DNA from: the human T2T-CHM13v2.0 reference genome, Homo sapiens
DNA length: 64,000 nt
NCBI RefSeq assembly: GCF_009914755.1
Contig: NC_060940.1
Strand: one strand, 5' to 3'
Shown here: positions 49,498 through 63,302 of the stretch, piece after piece
How positions within the stretch are numbered: the stretch's first letter is position 1
Layout of the letters: the number at the start of each line of letters is the position of its first letter
Notes under the pieces: model-generated
The model's database searches: none
Told to the model about the DNA's origin: nothing
The model's input: only the letters and a program-made list of their open reading frames with translations
Translations under genes and position numbers: made by a program

Positions 49498-50746
49498 GTT
49501 AGCAGTTTATTAATGAAAGTGGAGATGAAGTTTATCATAATCAAAGGGTGGAAACAGCTAGTGCTGCTCATCTTTGTAAGGCTTTAGATTGAAAGAATTA
49601 AAATAGTTTAGCAAACTTGAAAACGATTCCTTATATGAGTAATTTGCTGCCATGTCATTTAGCACTTAGCATAATTGGTCTATTTCCAAGGCTTTGAATT
49701 TGGGTTTGGTGAAGTATGCTTCACTTTTGTTCTTGTAACTTTCAGTGTTTGTTTTTGTAAGCCAGATGCTGTCTGTGAGGGCGTGGCTAATAGAAAAGCA
49801 TACCTGTTTAATTTCTGCATTTTACCACTTGTACACTTTATAGCATTACTTCTTACGAGTAGCTGGGACCACAGGTTACCATGCCTGGCTAATTTTTGTG
49901 TTTTTAGAAGAGGCGGGGTTTCGCCATGTTGGCCAGACTGGTCTTGAACTCCTGACCGCAAGTGATCTGCCCGCCTCCTGCCCCGCAAAGCGTTGGGATT
50001 ACAGGTGTGAACAACTGTGCCTGGCCCACGTTCCCTTCTCAGTACACTTGGAGAGAAAACAGATTGCTGCCTGCCAGCCCAGCTAGGTGCTCCGAAAATG
50101 TCATCCTGCCTTTTGGTCACTAGGTGGTGCTCTTCCCTTAAGCCTTTCTCTATTAAAATCTCATATGGGATAATTAACAGTATTTCCTTTATTCTTTCCA
50201 AGGGTTGAGTTGTAACTAGCCCAAACCAACTTATTAATCTAGAATTTTAAAAACTTTAGGCTTTGTCTTTTCTTCTTCTTCTTCTTCTTTTTTTTTTTTT
50301 GGTGGGGGAAACAATATAGAAGGCTTTTCCTTCTCTGCAACGATTTTGTGGCTTCCTAGAGGTCAGGAGAGTGTTGGTCATGGGAAAGAAGGTTGAATTC
50401 AGTCTGCCCACATGGGCGTGCCTAGCTTTAGAACAGCGCTATTTAGGAGAAGTTGGAAGTTACACCCTTTGGTGAGAAGCTGTGTCTGTTTTTTTCCATG
50501 ATTGGCATAATTAACTCAAATACCAGCTGTACGTTAGTCCATATTTCTGTTCATGGTTGAGTTCAGTGTGTCCAGAGACCGGAAGGTGCTTTGCACTCAC
50601 AGGAGTGCCCATGTGGAGCTCCATGGGATGTGAATTATTGTTGGTCACCAGTTCTGGCTGACATTGGAATCACTTGAAGAGTTTTTATAATATGTGGATT
50701 CCAAAGCCCTGTCACAAACCTATTGAATTTGTACCTCCCAGGTTGA

Positions 50747-51079
<333 letters not shown>

Positions 51080-51294
51080 TAGCTAGGTTTGGGATCCATT
51101 GGATTATTTAACACCCGAGGTGCCTTTTGTTTTTAATGATATTCTCTCAACGTGTTTTAAAAATGAAGCCCATGAGATAGTTATGAGATAGTAGAACTTT
51201 TCCCTACATTGGTGAAGTAAAAATCTTGGGATTTTGATAGCCAGATTATCTTAGGCATTAAAAAATATCACACCGACGCCCTCTCTTTTTATAG

Positions 51295-51425
51295 GGATTC
51301 GCAGAGGCATTTTTGGAACCTCTTTGGAAAAAATTGCAGGATCCAAGTAATCCTGCCATCATCAGGCAGGCTGCTGGAAATTATATTGGAAGCTTTTTGG
51401 CAAGAGCTAAATTTATTCCTCTTAT
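51295..51425 (+). CDS. RRN3P2: RRN3 paralog exon 13 (GFAEAFLEPLWKKLQD...FLARAKFIPL)
   Basis: atag / gtaagt, 131 bp, starts in phase 0. Confidence 0.92.
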
Positions 51426-52295
51426 GTAAGTAGCCTAATTTTCTGAGTACTTTTTAATATCATGCTTTAAAAAGAGTATAGCATTGTCTCAAGTCAGAAA
51501 TATCTCCCATATGTTTTTGGCATGTTTTTAAAGTGAATAAAATTCCTACTCTGTGCAAGATGTTTATATTTCTAAGTGGTGATTTTAGAATAAAGTGTCT
51601 CCTTTTCTATATATAAAACCCTGTATGTAAGGCTTTTGTCATCTCTTTTGTGTGGTTGCACTTAAAGATCCATTTGTTTTGTGGATAGAGGACAGTGTTG
51701 TATACTGTTTTGATTCTTTTTGTAGGTTTGTCATTTTTTCATTTGCATTCCAAATCTATTGTATCTGTTAAAGCTGAAGAAAAACCCTTTTAAAGGTAAT
51801 AGACCTATCTAGGAGGCCAGTTTCTTGCAGTGGCCCATGAAGATATCTTTGGACAAGGATGCTGTTGAAACCCTTCCCCAAGAACAAAATTATTCACCAT
51901 AGGACTTGACTGGATGCATCAGGGAATACTGAAGTCCACCAGACTGTCTTTCTCTTGAGAGGTGTTGGTGAACATGTCCTATTTGGCCAATCACCCTAAG
52001 AGGGGTGCCTTTGAGATGGTTAGGAGAACCTGCTTTCCATCCCTTGGGACTTTCTTAGGGGCTCACCTGTTCCTAGAAGGTCAGAGCTACTCTGCCTTGT
52101 AATTGGAAGGTTGTCTTCCTACGCACTCATCCTTATCCTTCCTTTCTTTGCTTTTCCTCTGTACCCATGGGTATTATTTAAAGAAACCTATGAACTTACT
52201 TAGCATGGTTTGTAATGAAAGGCAGTTGTGTGTTTTTATGTTATTCTGGTTTTTTTATGAAGTGTAAAGTTGATTTGAATTTTTCTTTCCTCTAG

Positions 52296-52480
52296 TACTG
52301 TAAAATCATGCCTAGATCTTTTGGTTAACTGGCTGCACATATACCTTAATAACCAGGATTCGGGAACAAAGGCATTCTGCGATGTTGCTCTCCATGGACC
52401 ATTTTACTCAGCCTGCCAAGCTGTGTTCTACACCTTTGTTTTTAGACACAAGCAGCTTTTGAGCGGAAACCTGAAAGAAG
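52296..52480 (+). CDS. RRN3P2: RRN3 paralog exon 14 (TVKSCLDLLVNWLHIY...SGNLKE)
   Basis: ctag / gtcagt, 185 bp. Confidence 0.92.
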
Positions 52481-53196
52481 GTCAGTGTTGTGGGAGTGCT
52501 GGACTGGATTTTCCTTGTGTTCTTGTCACCCTTCAGAATGGTGATTCATTACTTTTTTGAGATTTTTATAAAAACTGGATTCAGAAAACTGCATGTACAC
52601 TCAAACTTTTAATAATAATTTCAAGCAGCTCATAGGCCCCTACAAACCCCTTAAGATAGATTTGAGCTTGAGAACCCTGCAAACCCCTTAAGATGGATTT
52701 GAGGTTAAGAAAGAGGTTTCTGCCTTTGAAGGTTTGAAATGTGAAGATGTCTCCAGAGGTGAGGCTGAGCCCTGGGCTGTGCCAGCGCCCTGTACAAAGC
52801 TTCATTTGGATGCACCTTCTCTTTGTTGTCCTTGTAACAGCCCAGTAAATGGCAGGTATTCTCCCTTTACAGACAGCACCAAAGCACAGGAAAGTCATTT
52901 TCCCAAGATCACATGGTTACTGGCAGGATTAGAAAACTGAAGCCAGGTTCAGCTGACCCTAAAGTTTGAGTTTATATAGATTAAACTCTGCCTGAAGCCT
53001 TGAGACTTAATTGACCAGTATTGTTTTGCTAATTTCTAAGAGTTACTTATAATTCAAATCTATCAGTTGAAACTTACTAGATTAGCGTATTTTAGTTGAA
53101 GAGAGTCTCCAAGAACAGTGTTTATAAGTCATTGTAAATTGTTCTGTTTATGTTTATGAATAATTCATATGGTTTTGTGGGTCACTTCCTCTAAAC

Positions 53197-53410
53197 CAGG
53201 GTCTGTCAACCCTGCATGATTGCCATTTGGGCTGCATCATCCTTCATCGTCGGGGGCTGTCCTCTGCACTGTAGGATGTTTAACAGCCTCCACCTACTAG
53301 CTGCCAACAGCAGTCCCTGACCACCCCCAGCTGTGACAACTAAAAGTGTCTCCAGACACTGCCAGGTGTCCTCTGTGGGGGTTGCAGTCTCCTTAGGTTA
53401 ACAGCCACAG
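53197..53410 (-). mobile_element. MER20 DNA transposon relic
   Basis: gtgacaactaaaagtgtctccagacactgcca is reverse MER20-like. Confidence 0.65.
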
Positions 53411-54272
53411 CTCTAAACTGAAAGTTGTACGTGTTGCATTATATATGTTTACCTACATCCTACATGCTTCTAAAAGATGTTGTATGAACTAGTAGGATGA
53501 GGTTTTATCACAAGGTAAGTAAATACAAGCTCTGCTTTTCTTTGTATAAATTAATGCCAGGAATCTGAATTAAATATCTTGTTTTTGTAAGCAGTGACAT
53601 CCCATTTAGGTAATTTTTATTGAAATATGCATCAAAGAAACTCCTAAGAAAATATACTTAAGTACAAGTTGGTCAGCTTGTCTCTTAAAATAAATGTGAT
53701 GTCTTTATTTTACTCATGTAGGAAAGAATTGTATTCATTAAGTCTAAGAAAGTGGCTTCTGTCTAAATTTGCCGTCCGTCGAGGTAGAAGGCAAATTTGG
53801 AGTTTTCTTGTTTAGAAAAAAAACTACAGATGACTACTGTGCACCTGAAAACAGCACTCAGCTTCACTAACAAGACATGCAGGCTAGAATCAAATTGCTG
53901 TTTTGTTTTGTTGCCTGTCGTGATTGTTAGCTGAAACCAAATCACAAGGTCTTTTTCTCCCTCTGTATTATCTCAGCATACACTGAGCTTACAAACGTAT
54001 GAACTTCGTGTTGTCGTGGAATCTTACAGCCTGCTACTTCCTAAGTTTTCTTTAGAGAAGCTGCCTTGGTGACCAATGAATGTGGTTAGCCTAGTGATAC
54101 TCTTCTGGGCCATATTACTGTGTGACTATCTGCATGGACCTTTATTTAAAGCATTTCTGCAAATAATTTTTTTAAGTTTTTTTTAAATGTGTGATAATTT
54201 GTGCTTTTAAAGATATCTTACACTTTTCACTTATTTGTACCTTTAAAAAATCTTTTTTTTTTTAAACCAAAG

Positions 54273-54381
54273 GTTTGCAGTATCTTCAGAGTCTGAATTT
54301 TGAGTGGATAGTGATGAGCCAGCTAAATCCCCTGAAGATTTGCCTGCCCTCAGTGGTTAACTTTTTTGCTGCAATCACAAA
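54273..54381 (+). CDS. RRN3P2: RRN3 paralog exon 15 (GLQYLQSLNFEWIVMSQLNPLKICLPSVVNFFAAIT)
   Basis: caaag / gtaagt, 109 bp. Confidence 0.92.
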
Positions 54382-55842
54382 GTAAGTTATTTACGCTTTC
54401 TTGATGGGAGTTATTTAAAATATTTTTATTTATGTTTATCTAGTATTGTAAGAGTCTGTTAAATTTCTATGAAATTAGTAACATTATAAAAGGCCAGGTG
54501 TGGTGGCTGACACCTGTAATCTCAACATTTTGGGAGGCTGAGGTGGGAGGATTGCTTGAGGCCAGGAGTTAAAAGACCAGCTTGAGCAACATAGTGAGAC
54601 CCTATCTCTATAAAAAAATTTTAAAAATTAGCTGGGTGTGGTTGCCTGTGCCTGTAGTCCCAACTACTCAGGAGGCTGAGGTAGGAGGATCACTTGAGCC
54701 CAGGAGGTCAAGGATGCAGTGAGCCCTGATTGTACCACTGCATTCCAGTCTGGGCTCCAGAATGAGACCCTGTCTCTTAAACAAACAAAAACAACCCAGT
54801 CCTTGCAGGAAATACTGTGATACAGCTATTGTTTTTATACTTTGATGGCATTGGAAATTACTACTACTTCTTATCCAAAGGGCAGCACTTTGAAATAAGT
54901 ATGGCAACCAGTAAGCTGAGAGGGGCAAAGCCATAGATGCTTATTAGAGTGACTCCTGTAATAGTAATAGAAATAAACTGGACATGAGGCAAATGTTGAC
55001 CTGTAAGAGATTGGTTTAGAGAGTTCTGTTCTCTCAGATCTGGTAGCTATGGCTAATCCATAGCCTTTCCTCTGTGCCAGGCAGTTCTAAGCACTTTACA
55101 TAGAACTAATTTGATCCTCAAACAACCCTCTAGGATGAAACCCTGTTTATCAACAGGGAGGTGGAGGTACAGAGAGGTGAAATCACTTGCCTAAAGTCAT
55201 AGAGCTAGACTGGCAGCACAGATTTATATGTAGTCTGGCTCCTTTGTAAGCTTTCACTAAGTTATTCTGCTTTATGGAGAAAGCAAATTGGAGAATTGAA
55301 TATTCAATGAGGATATTTAGGCCAGATCATAGCTTAAAATCTTCAACAGATAAGAGCCAGCAGCTTGCTGAGCTCTGTCAGCCTCTTTAGTTCTCCTTTG
55401 CTAGGCGTCTGGTTCAAGGTGTCCTCTCTTCTGAGTCTCAGTGATAGTAAAGGATTAGGAAAAGGCATAAAGAGACCAATAAGCAACGGCGGTGAGTGGG
55501 TGGAGGCTTCAGCACTTTGGTTAAGATGGTGAGCAGCTCAAAGAGTGAGGATGGATGAAGCAAAGCAGAGGCCGCTGCCCCTGGTATGTTCTCGGGGTGG
55601 GGACAGAGGACTGCATTTGTGAACCATCTGGTCCAGGGGCTCTCGATTTGGGGTTGGCATGCGCATTGGAGGGACAGAGTGTGATGCGATGTGAGGCTAA
55701 GAGCAGGGGATTGAAATAAAAGTCTCTGCCTAGGTACAGATATGGTAAATAAAGGCATGTACCATTCTGTAGCTGTTGCTTTTGCCTGCTTGATGCTTTT
55801 GAGATTGAACCATATTGACACAAAGCTTTATTTTGATTTTAA

Positions 55843-56115
<273 letters not shown>

Positions 56116-57155
56116 TGACCAGGCTGGTCTCAAACTCCTGAGCTCAAGTGAACCACCTGCCTCAACCTCCCAAAGTGCTGGGATTACAGGTGTGAGCCAC
56201 CGTGCCCAGCCGGCTGTGTTAGTGTTTTAGTGCTCAGGAACATTCTTGTGTGTGGGCACACGCTTCCTTGTCACACACCCGGAAGTGCGGTCAGCTGCGG
56301 GGTTGTAGGAGATGCAGATCTTCAACTTTACCTGATAGTGCAAACCACCCTCCAGTGTGGTTTTGCTGATGTGTCCTCCACCAGGTGGAGGGGTCAAGTG
56401 CTGTGAGCCTTGGCTAACAGGACAGAAATCAAAGTATGTGGCTTGAAGTTGCCATGGTGACCTGAGAACCTGACATGGAGAGTGACAGAAGTGAGATCTA
56501 AGTCCTCATCTTGGAGAAGCTGTCCAATAGATAATTTTTCAAGTTGCTCAATCATTTAGAGACAACTACTGGAAAAATTAAAAACATAATTGTCTTTATG
56601 TTATGTTTTCTTCTATGCATTTAACTGTTCTCACTCGGCATGCCTAGTCCTTTCTGTGCCTGTTTTTGAGGTCATGACTTAGTCAACCCCTTGTCCCTCC
56701 TTCAGTAAAGGCTTATTTCTTCTTCAGTGCTTCTTCAGCAAGTCTCTTCACCAACCGCTATTTCCTCCTGAGTAACTCCTGAATCCCTTTTCCACCAACC
56801 TTCTAATTCTTTTGCAAACAGTAAAAATAAAGACACCTATAGTTATGTAATCTAAGAGTTTTGCCTTGCAAACATTTATTTTTAATGAATAATATCTATT
56901 ACTCATTAAAATATAAGCCCAGTTTCACATTCTGAGTGATAGCCACGTTTTCTTTCTCCTTAGCAAACTTGCAGATAGAAGACCCATAGAACGGTACCCT
57001 AAAAGTGTTACTTTCTGCTTTATATTGTTATTTTTACTAGCACTTGTTATATTCAGCAATTTCTCTGGTAGGTACAGTTGTCACATGCAGCTCACATCCG
57101 CAGAGTCACTTCAGCATGTTAATGCCTCTGTCTGTGTTGTTTTTTTGTTCCACAG

Positions 57156-57308
57156 TAAGTACCAGCTCGTCTTCTGCTACACCATCATTGAGAGGAACAA
57201 TCGCCAGATGCTGCCAGTCATTAGGAGTACCACTGGAGGAGACTCAGTGCAGACCTGCACAAACCCACTGGACACCTTCTTCCCCTTTGATCCCTGTGTG
57301 CTGAAGAG
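57156..57308 (+). CDS. RRN3P2: RRN3 paralog exon 16 (KYQLVFCYTIIERNNRQML...FDPCVLK)
   Basis: cacag / gtaggt, 153 bp. Confidence 0.92.
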
Positions 57309-57322
57309 GTAGGTACTTTTAA

Positions 57323-57523
<201 letters not shown>

Positions 57524-57550
57524 TAGTAGAGATGGGGTTTCACTGTGTTA

Positions 57551-57901
<351 letters not shown>

Positions 57902-58136
57902 TTATTTAAACATGTAAGGTTATGGGGATAATGGTGCCAGGATAGGGGAGGGTGCTGTCTTTTCTTGCTTCATAATTTTCTGCCAAGTGTCTTGTTCCTT
58001 CCTCTAGAGACCACATCCCATTCTGTTGCACAGGATAAACAAAAAACAAACAATTGGCTGGGCGTAATGGCTCATGCCTGTAATCCGAGCACTTTGGGAG
58101 GCTGAGGCGGGCGGATCACTTGAAGTCAGGAGTTCA

Positions 58137-58444
<308 letters not shown>

Positions 58445-58776
58445 TTATTATGGTATCTAAAATAACTAGCAGCATCATGACCATCTGGGGTTGTCTGGTC
58501 CCTGAAGTCTTGGTTGACTGAAACCAGATTAGTTGTTTTTCCTAGACTTACTTTTCAGCAAATTACTACAGAAATATAAAAAAGAGAGTTCCAGAATATT
58601 GCGGTTTCATTTCCATTTGGATATACTGTATCTAACTGACTTGTCAGTTTTTGTAAAGTTTAGAAACAATTTCACATGAAAATGGAAAGATGAAAAATGG
58701 TAGTTCAATACTCCATCGACATGAGTGAATGAACTCTTATACAGAAAGAGCCACATTAGTTACAGCATTTACATAG

Positions 58777-58980
<204 letters not shown>

Positions 58981-59241
58981 TAGTAGAGATGGGGTTTCAC
59001 CGTGTTAGCCAGGATGGTCTCGATCTCCTGACCTCATGATCTGCCCACCTCAGCCTCCCAAAGTGCTGGGATTACAGGCGTGAGCCACTGCGCCCAGCCA
59101 GGTTTTTTTAAATGTAATTATTTAAGCTGTAGTTTTCACTTCTTGGTTTTGGGTAATAGATCTTGTGAGAAAAGATCCAAACCAATTTTGACTTCTGCTG
59201 AAGTATTTAACTTGACTTTGAAATGTGATCTTTGTTGACAG

Positions 59242-59329
59242 GTCAAAGAAATTCATTGATCCTATTTATCAGGTATGGGAAGACATGAGTGCTGAAGAGC
59301 TACAGGAGTTCAAGAAACCCATGAAAAAG
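59242..59329 (+). CDS. RRN3P2: RRN3 paralog exon 17 (SKKFIDPIYQVWEDMSAEELQEFKKPMKK)
   Basis: gacag / gtcagt, 88 bp; last RRN3 exon present. Confidence 0.92.
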
Positions 59330-60162
59330 GTCAGTTTGTGATTGATTGAGCACACTCTCGGAATCTCCTTTCTGGTTCCAGGTCACAGTCAGATAGTGAT
59401 AGTAAGTGGCAAGTCGCTCATGCGTGTAATCCCCACACTGTAGGGGGTCAAGGCCAGAGGATTGCTGGAGACCAGCCTGGGCAACACAGTGACACCCTGT
59501 TTCTACAAAAATTTTTTAAATTAGCTGGGCGTGGTGGTGCACACCTGTAATCCCAGCTCCTCTGGAAGCTGAGGTGGGAGGTCAAGGCTGCAGTGAGCTG
59601 TAAATGCAGCATGGCATTTCATCCTGGGCAACAGAGCAAGACCCTGTTTTCTTTAAAAAAGCACACCGAAACCGTGTCTTACTCATTCTGCCTTTATAAA
59701 ATTCCAGGCCCAGGTTTTGTTGTTATTTAAAGAGTCTATGGCTTTTTTGGATAAATTGCTTAAACCAGACACTTCACATACTGACATGTGAGAAGCGAAG
59801 GTTAATTACAAATTAGCTGAACAAATTTAGATCTTTGCCACTTGCGCATTCTCACCAAGTAACAATCTCCAGTTGACTCATGTTGAAATTGCCCCAGCAG
59901 TTTACATTAGTTTTATAGATCTTCATGAATGGGTGGTGAAGACGCAGGTTGCAACATACCCTCCAAGTCACATGAGGTGGAGCTGAGACAGTTACAGTTA
60001 GAGAGGAAAGTTAGAATCCAGTAATAAAGAATTTCGCTGCTCTGTTGCTTGGGAGCACATTTGTTCTCTCATTAAAAGCAGCTTCAAGATGGCTTTTTTG
60101 TTGTTGTTTTTCATAAGTAATCATTAATAAGTAATCATTGGAAAGCCCCACCACACCCAACC

Positions 60163-60717
60163 AATTAGCTGCGTGTGGTGGCAGGCATCTGTAATCTCAG
60201 CTACTCAGGAGACTGAGGCAGGAGAATTGCTTGAACCTGGGAGGCGGAGTTTGCAGTGAGTTGAGATTGCACCGCTGTATTCCAACCTGGGCGACAGCGC
60301 CAGACCCTGTCTCAAAAGAAAAAAATAATAATAATATAAAGTGACCAGGTGTGTTGACTCACGCCTGTAATCCCACCACTTTGGGTGGAAGCAGGAGGAT
60401 CACTGGAGCCCAGGAGTTTGAAACCAGCCTAGGCAACATAGTGAGACCCTGTCTCTATATTAAACACACACACACACAAAGGCAGCCAGACTATGCACTA
60501 GGAACTGCCCTGGGAATCCCTTTGTGTTCTCACAACAATCCCATTTCACAGATGAAGAAATCAAGGCACAGAAATATTAAGTAACGTGTCCAGGTGCGGT
60601 GGCTCACACCTGTAATCCCAGTACTTTGGGAGGCTGAGGCAGGCAGATCACAAGGTCAGGAGTTCGAGACCATCCTGGCCAACATGGTGAAACCCTGTCT
60701 CTACTAAAAATACAAAA
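60163..60717. repeat. Inverted copy of PLA2G10 intron-2 segment 11492-12092
   Basis: Reverse-complement match including non-Alu sequence and a shorter (CA)n. Confidence 0.9.
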
Positions 60718-61064
60718 GTCCTAGGGGTAGTCAGCCGCTCTCACCCCTCCCTCATCCTCTCACACAAGAGTCATTTACTGTCCCTCCAGTTATGCCCAGT
60801 CACGCAGACACTCTGCTGCTCAAATGCCCTCACCCCATCCTCAGCCTGCTCCCAGGCCACCTCCCTCCAGAATCCACCCTGCCTGCCAGGTGGCCATAGG
60901 GACCCTCGCCATACTGTCTGCTTGTGGCAGTGCCCTCCGGCCTGGGGGGTCTTCCAGAGCAGATCTCTGGCCAAGCGCAGTGGCTCATGCCTGTAATCTC
61001 AGCACTTTCAGAGGCTAAGGCAGGTGGATCACCTGAGGTCAGGAGTTCGAGACCAGCCTTGCTA

Positions 61065-61451
<387 letters not shown>

Positions 61452-61681
61452 TCAGAGCCCTAGCAACAGCCCTATAGAGGGAGGGTTCTAGGCATGGGGC
61501 AGGCATAAGCACTGCTTATAACCAAGCAAAACACTCCCTCTGTGCCAACATAGGTGGGGCAGGTCACGCTGGGGTCTGTTTGCCCTGTCTGCCCGCTGCA
61601 GCCTCCTTGGGGAGGGCCAGGGTTGTCTGTGCATCCTGTGAGCCCCAGGGTCTATGTGCACATATGTGTGTCTGTGCCTTT

Positions 61682-61729
61682 CTCTCTCTCTCAGTTTGTG
61701 TGTGTGTGTGTGTGTGTGTCTGTGCTGCT

Positions 61730-61765
<36 letters not shown>
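61682..61765. repeat. Compound (TC)n/(TG)n microsatellite
   Basis: Direct reading. Confidence 0.85.
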
Positions 61766-61767
<2 letters not shown>

Positions 61768-62521
61768 ACGGCGCATCTGAATTGTCCTGAGTGCTGTCTC
61801 GGGTATCCTTGAGCTGTGTGTGCATGTGTCCCCCTAGCAGTATCTCAGTATTTTTGCCTGTGGGAGCTGCACACCGTGAGCTGCACACCTGAGGGCCAGG
61901 TGAGTCTGGGGCTGGTCCTGTGCCTGCGCATCTGTGTGCTGGCGGTGTCTGCATAGTATTCTGTGGCTACATGTATCTGTACACCCCAGAAATGGGCAGT
62001 CACCCAGGAGACCTCTCTACAGTGAACCCAAAGGATGGATAGTGGGGTAGGGACAGTATGTTCTTTTTTTTTGGTCACCGGGGTCTGTTGTACAGGGGCA
62101 TAATATATTCTTCTCCCACCCCCAAGCTGGGCCCTTTCTGCCCCTGCTCCTCCCACCCTCTGGTGTCTCACATCTCAGGGACAGGTGGAATGAAGGATAA
62201 GTTCGCGGACCCCAGATCAGGACAACCGGGAAGCTTCCGGGCTGCTGGAGACGGTCACAGCCGGTTAGGGGAGGGAGCCAGGAGAGGACTCTGTGGCCCT
62301 GGGGAAGGGCTGGGCTAGTTCTGGGTCCCTGGGAGGAGTGAGTGGGGGGCCCTGCAGAGGGCTGGGACCCAGAGTGTGGGTGAGCATTAGAAGAGCAAGC
62401 TGGGGGCTCTAGGGCAACTAGGAACTTGGAGAAGGATGGGAGGCAGGGCTGCTGGGTCCCTAGGAAGGGCTGGAGGAATCCCGGAATGCCTGAGTTCTGG
62501 GAAAGCCCTTTCCTCACTCAC

Positions 62522-62612
62522 CCTCGCCAGACCTGGGGCCAGGTCCAAGCAGCAGCAGCAGCAGCAGCAGCAGGAGCAGCATGATTGGCAGGCACGCAGG
62601 TAGCGGCCCCAT
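62522..62612 (-). pseudogene. PLA2G10: PLA2G10 paralog exon 1 coding part (signal peptide MGPLPACLPIMLLLLLLLLLLLGPGPRSGE)
   Basis: ATG at 62612, 30 codons plus G, intact G|gtgagt donor; matches the recalled PLA2G10 N-terminus. Confidence 0.92.
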
Positions 62613-62935
62613 CGGAGGGTGGCAGAGGTGGGACGGTGCTGCCGGGCCACCAGAGGCAGCAAGCCCGGCGGACAAACACCCTGGCTGCCACGCCCTGGCC
62701 CGGCCCCCCCGACCTCACCTTCCCTCGGGGCCCAGGCGGAGCCAGCTAGAGGCGGGCACCTGGGGTGGTGCAATGGCGTCCTGATCTCTGCATCTTGGTC
62801 ACTGAAGGGGCTCGAGAGGCCGCGAGGCGCTGGGGACAGGTCCGGGAGTCAGGCCCAGGAAAGTCTCCTCGGAATAAGGGAAGAAAAGGCGCTCTTTTGA
62901 TGTTATTATTCCCCCAGCCCCTCCCCCGCTCACCT
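62613..62935 (-). promoter_or_regulatory. GC/CpG-rich PLA2G10-type 5'UTR and promoter region
   Basis: GC-rich and CpG-containing, immediately upstream of exon 1 on the minus strand. Confidence 0.55.
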
Positions 62936-63302
62936 AATCCCGTGTGTACAGTGTCATGGAACCTTACCATGTTGTGTGTGTAATCCCCTGTGTGCAGTGT
63001 CATGGAACCTTACCATGTTGTGTGTGTAATCCCGTGTGCGGTGTCATGGAACCTTACCATGTTGTGTATGTAATCCCCTGTGTGCGGCGTCATGGATCCT
63101 TACCATGTGGTGTGTGTGATCGCCTGTGTGCAGTGTCATGGAACCTTACCATGTGTTGTGTGTTATCCCCTGTGTGCAGTGTCATGGAACCTTACCATGT
63201 GGTGTGTGTAATCCCCTGTGTGTGGCATCATGGAACCTTACCATGTTGTGTGTGTAATCCCCTGTGTGCAGTGTCATGGAACTTTACCATGTTGTGTGTG
63301 TA
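62936..63302. repeat. Minisatellite, 8 units of about 46 bp (AATCCCCTGTGTGCAGTGTCATGGAACCTTACCATGTTGTGTGTGT)
   Basis: Eight head-to-tail units read directly. Confidence 0.93.

Noticed and set aside
62936-63302. CRISPR-like array with palindromic repeats, and Cys/Val-rich ORFs
   Set aside because: Units are head-to-tail with no unique spacers, there are no cas genes, and the context is primate; it is a minisatellite.
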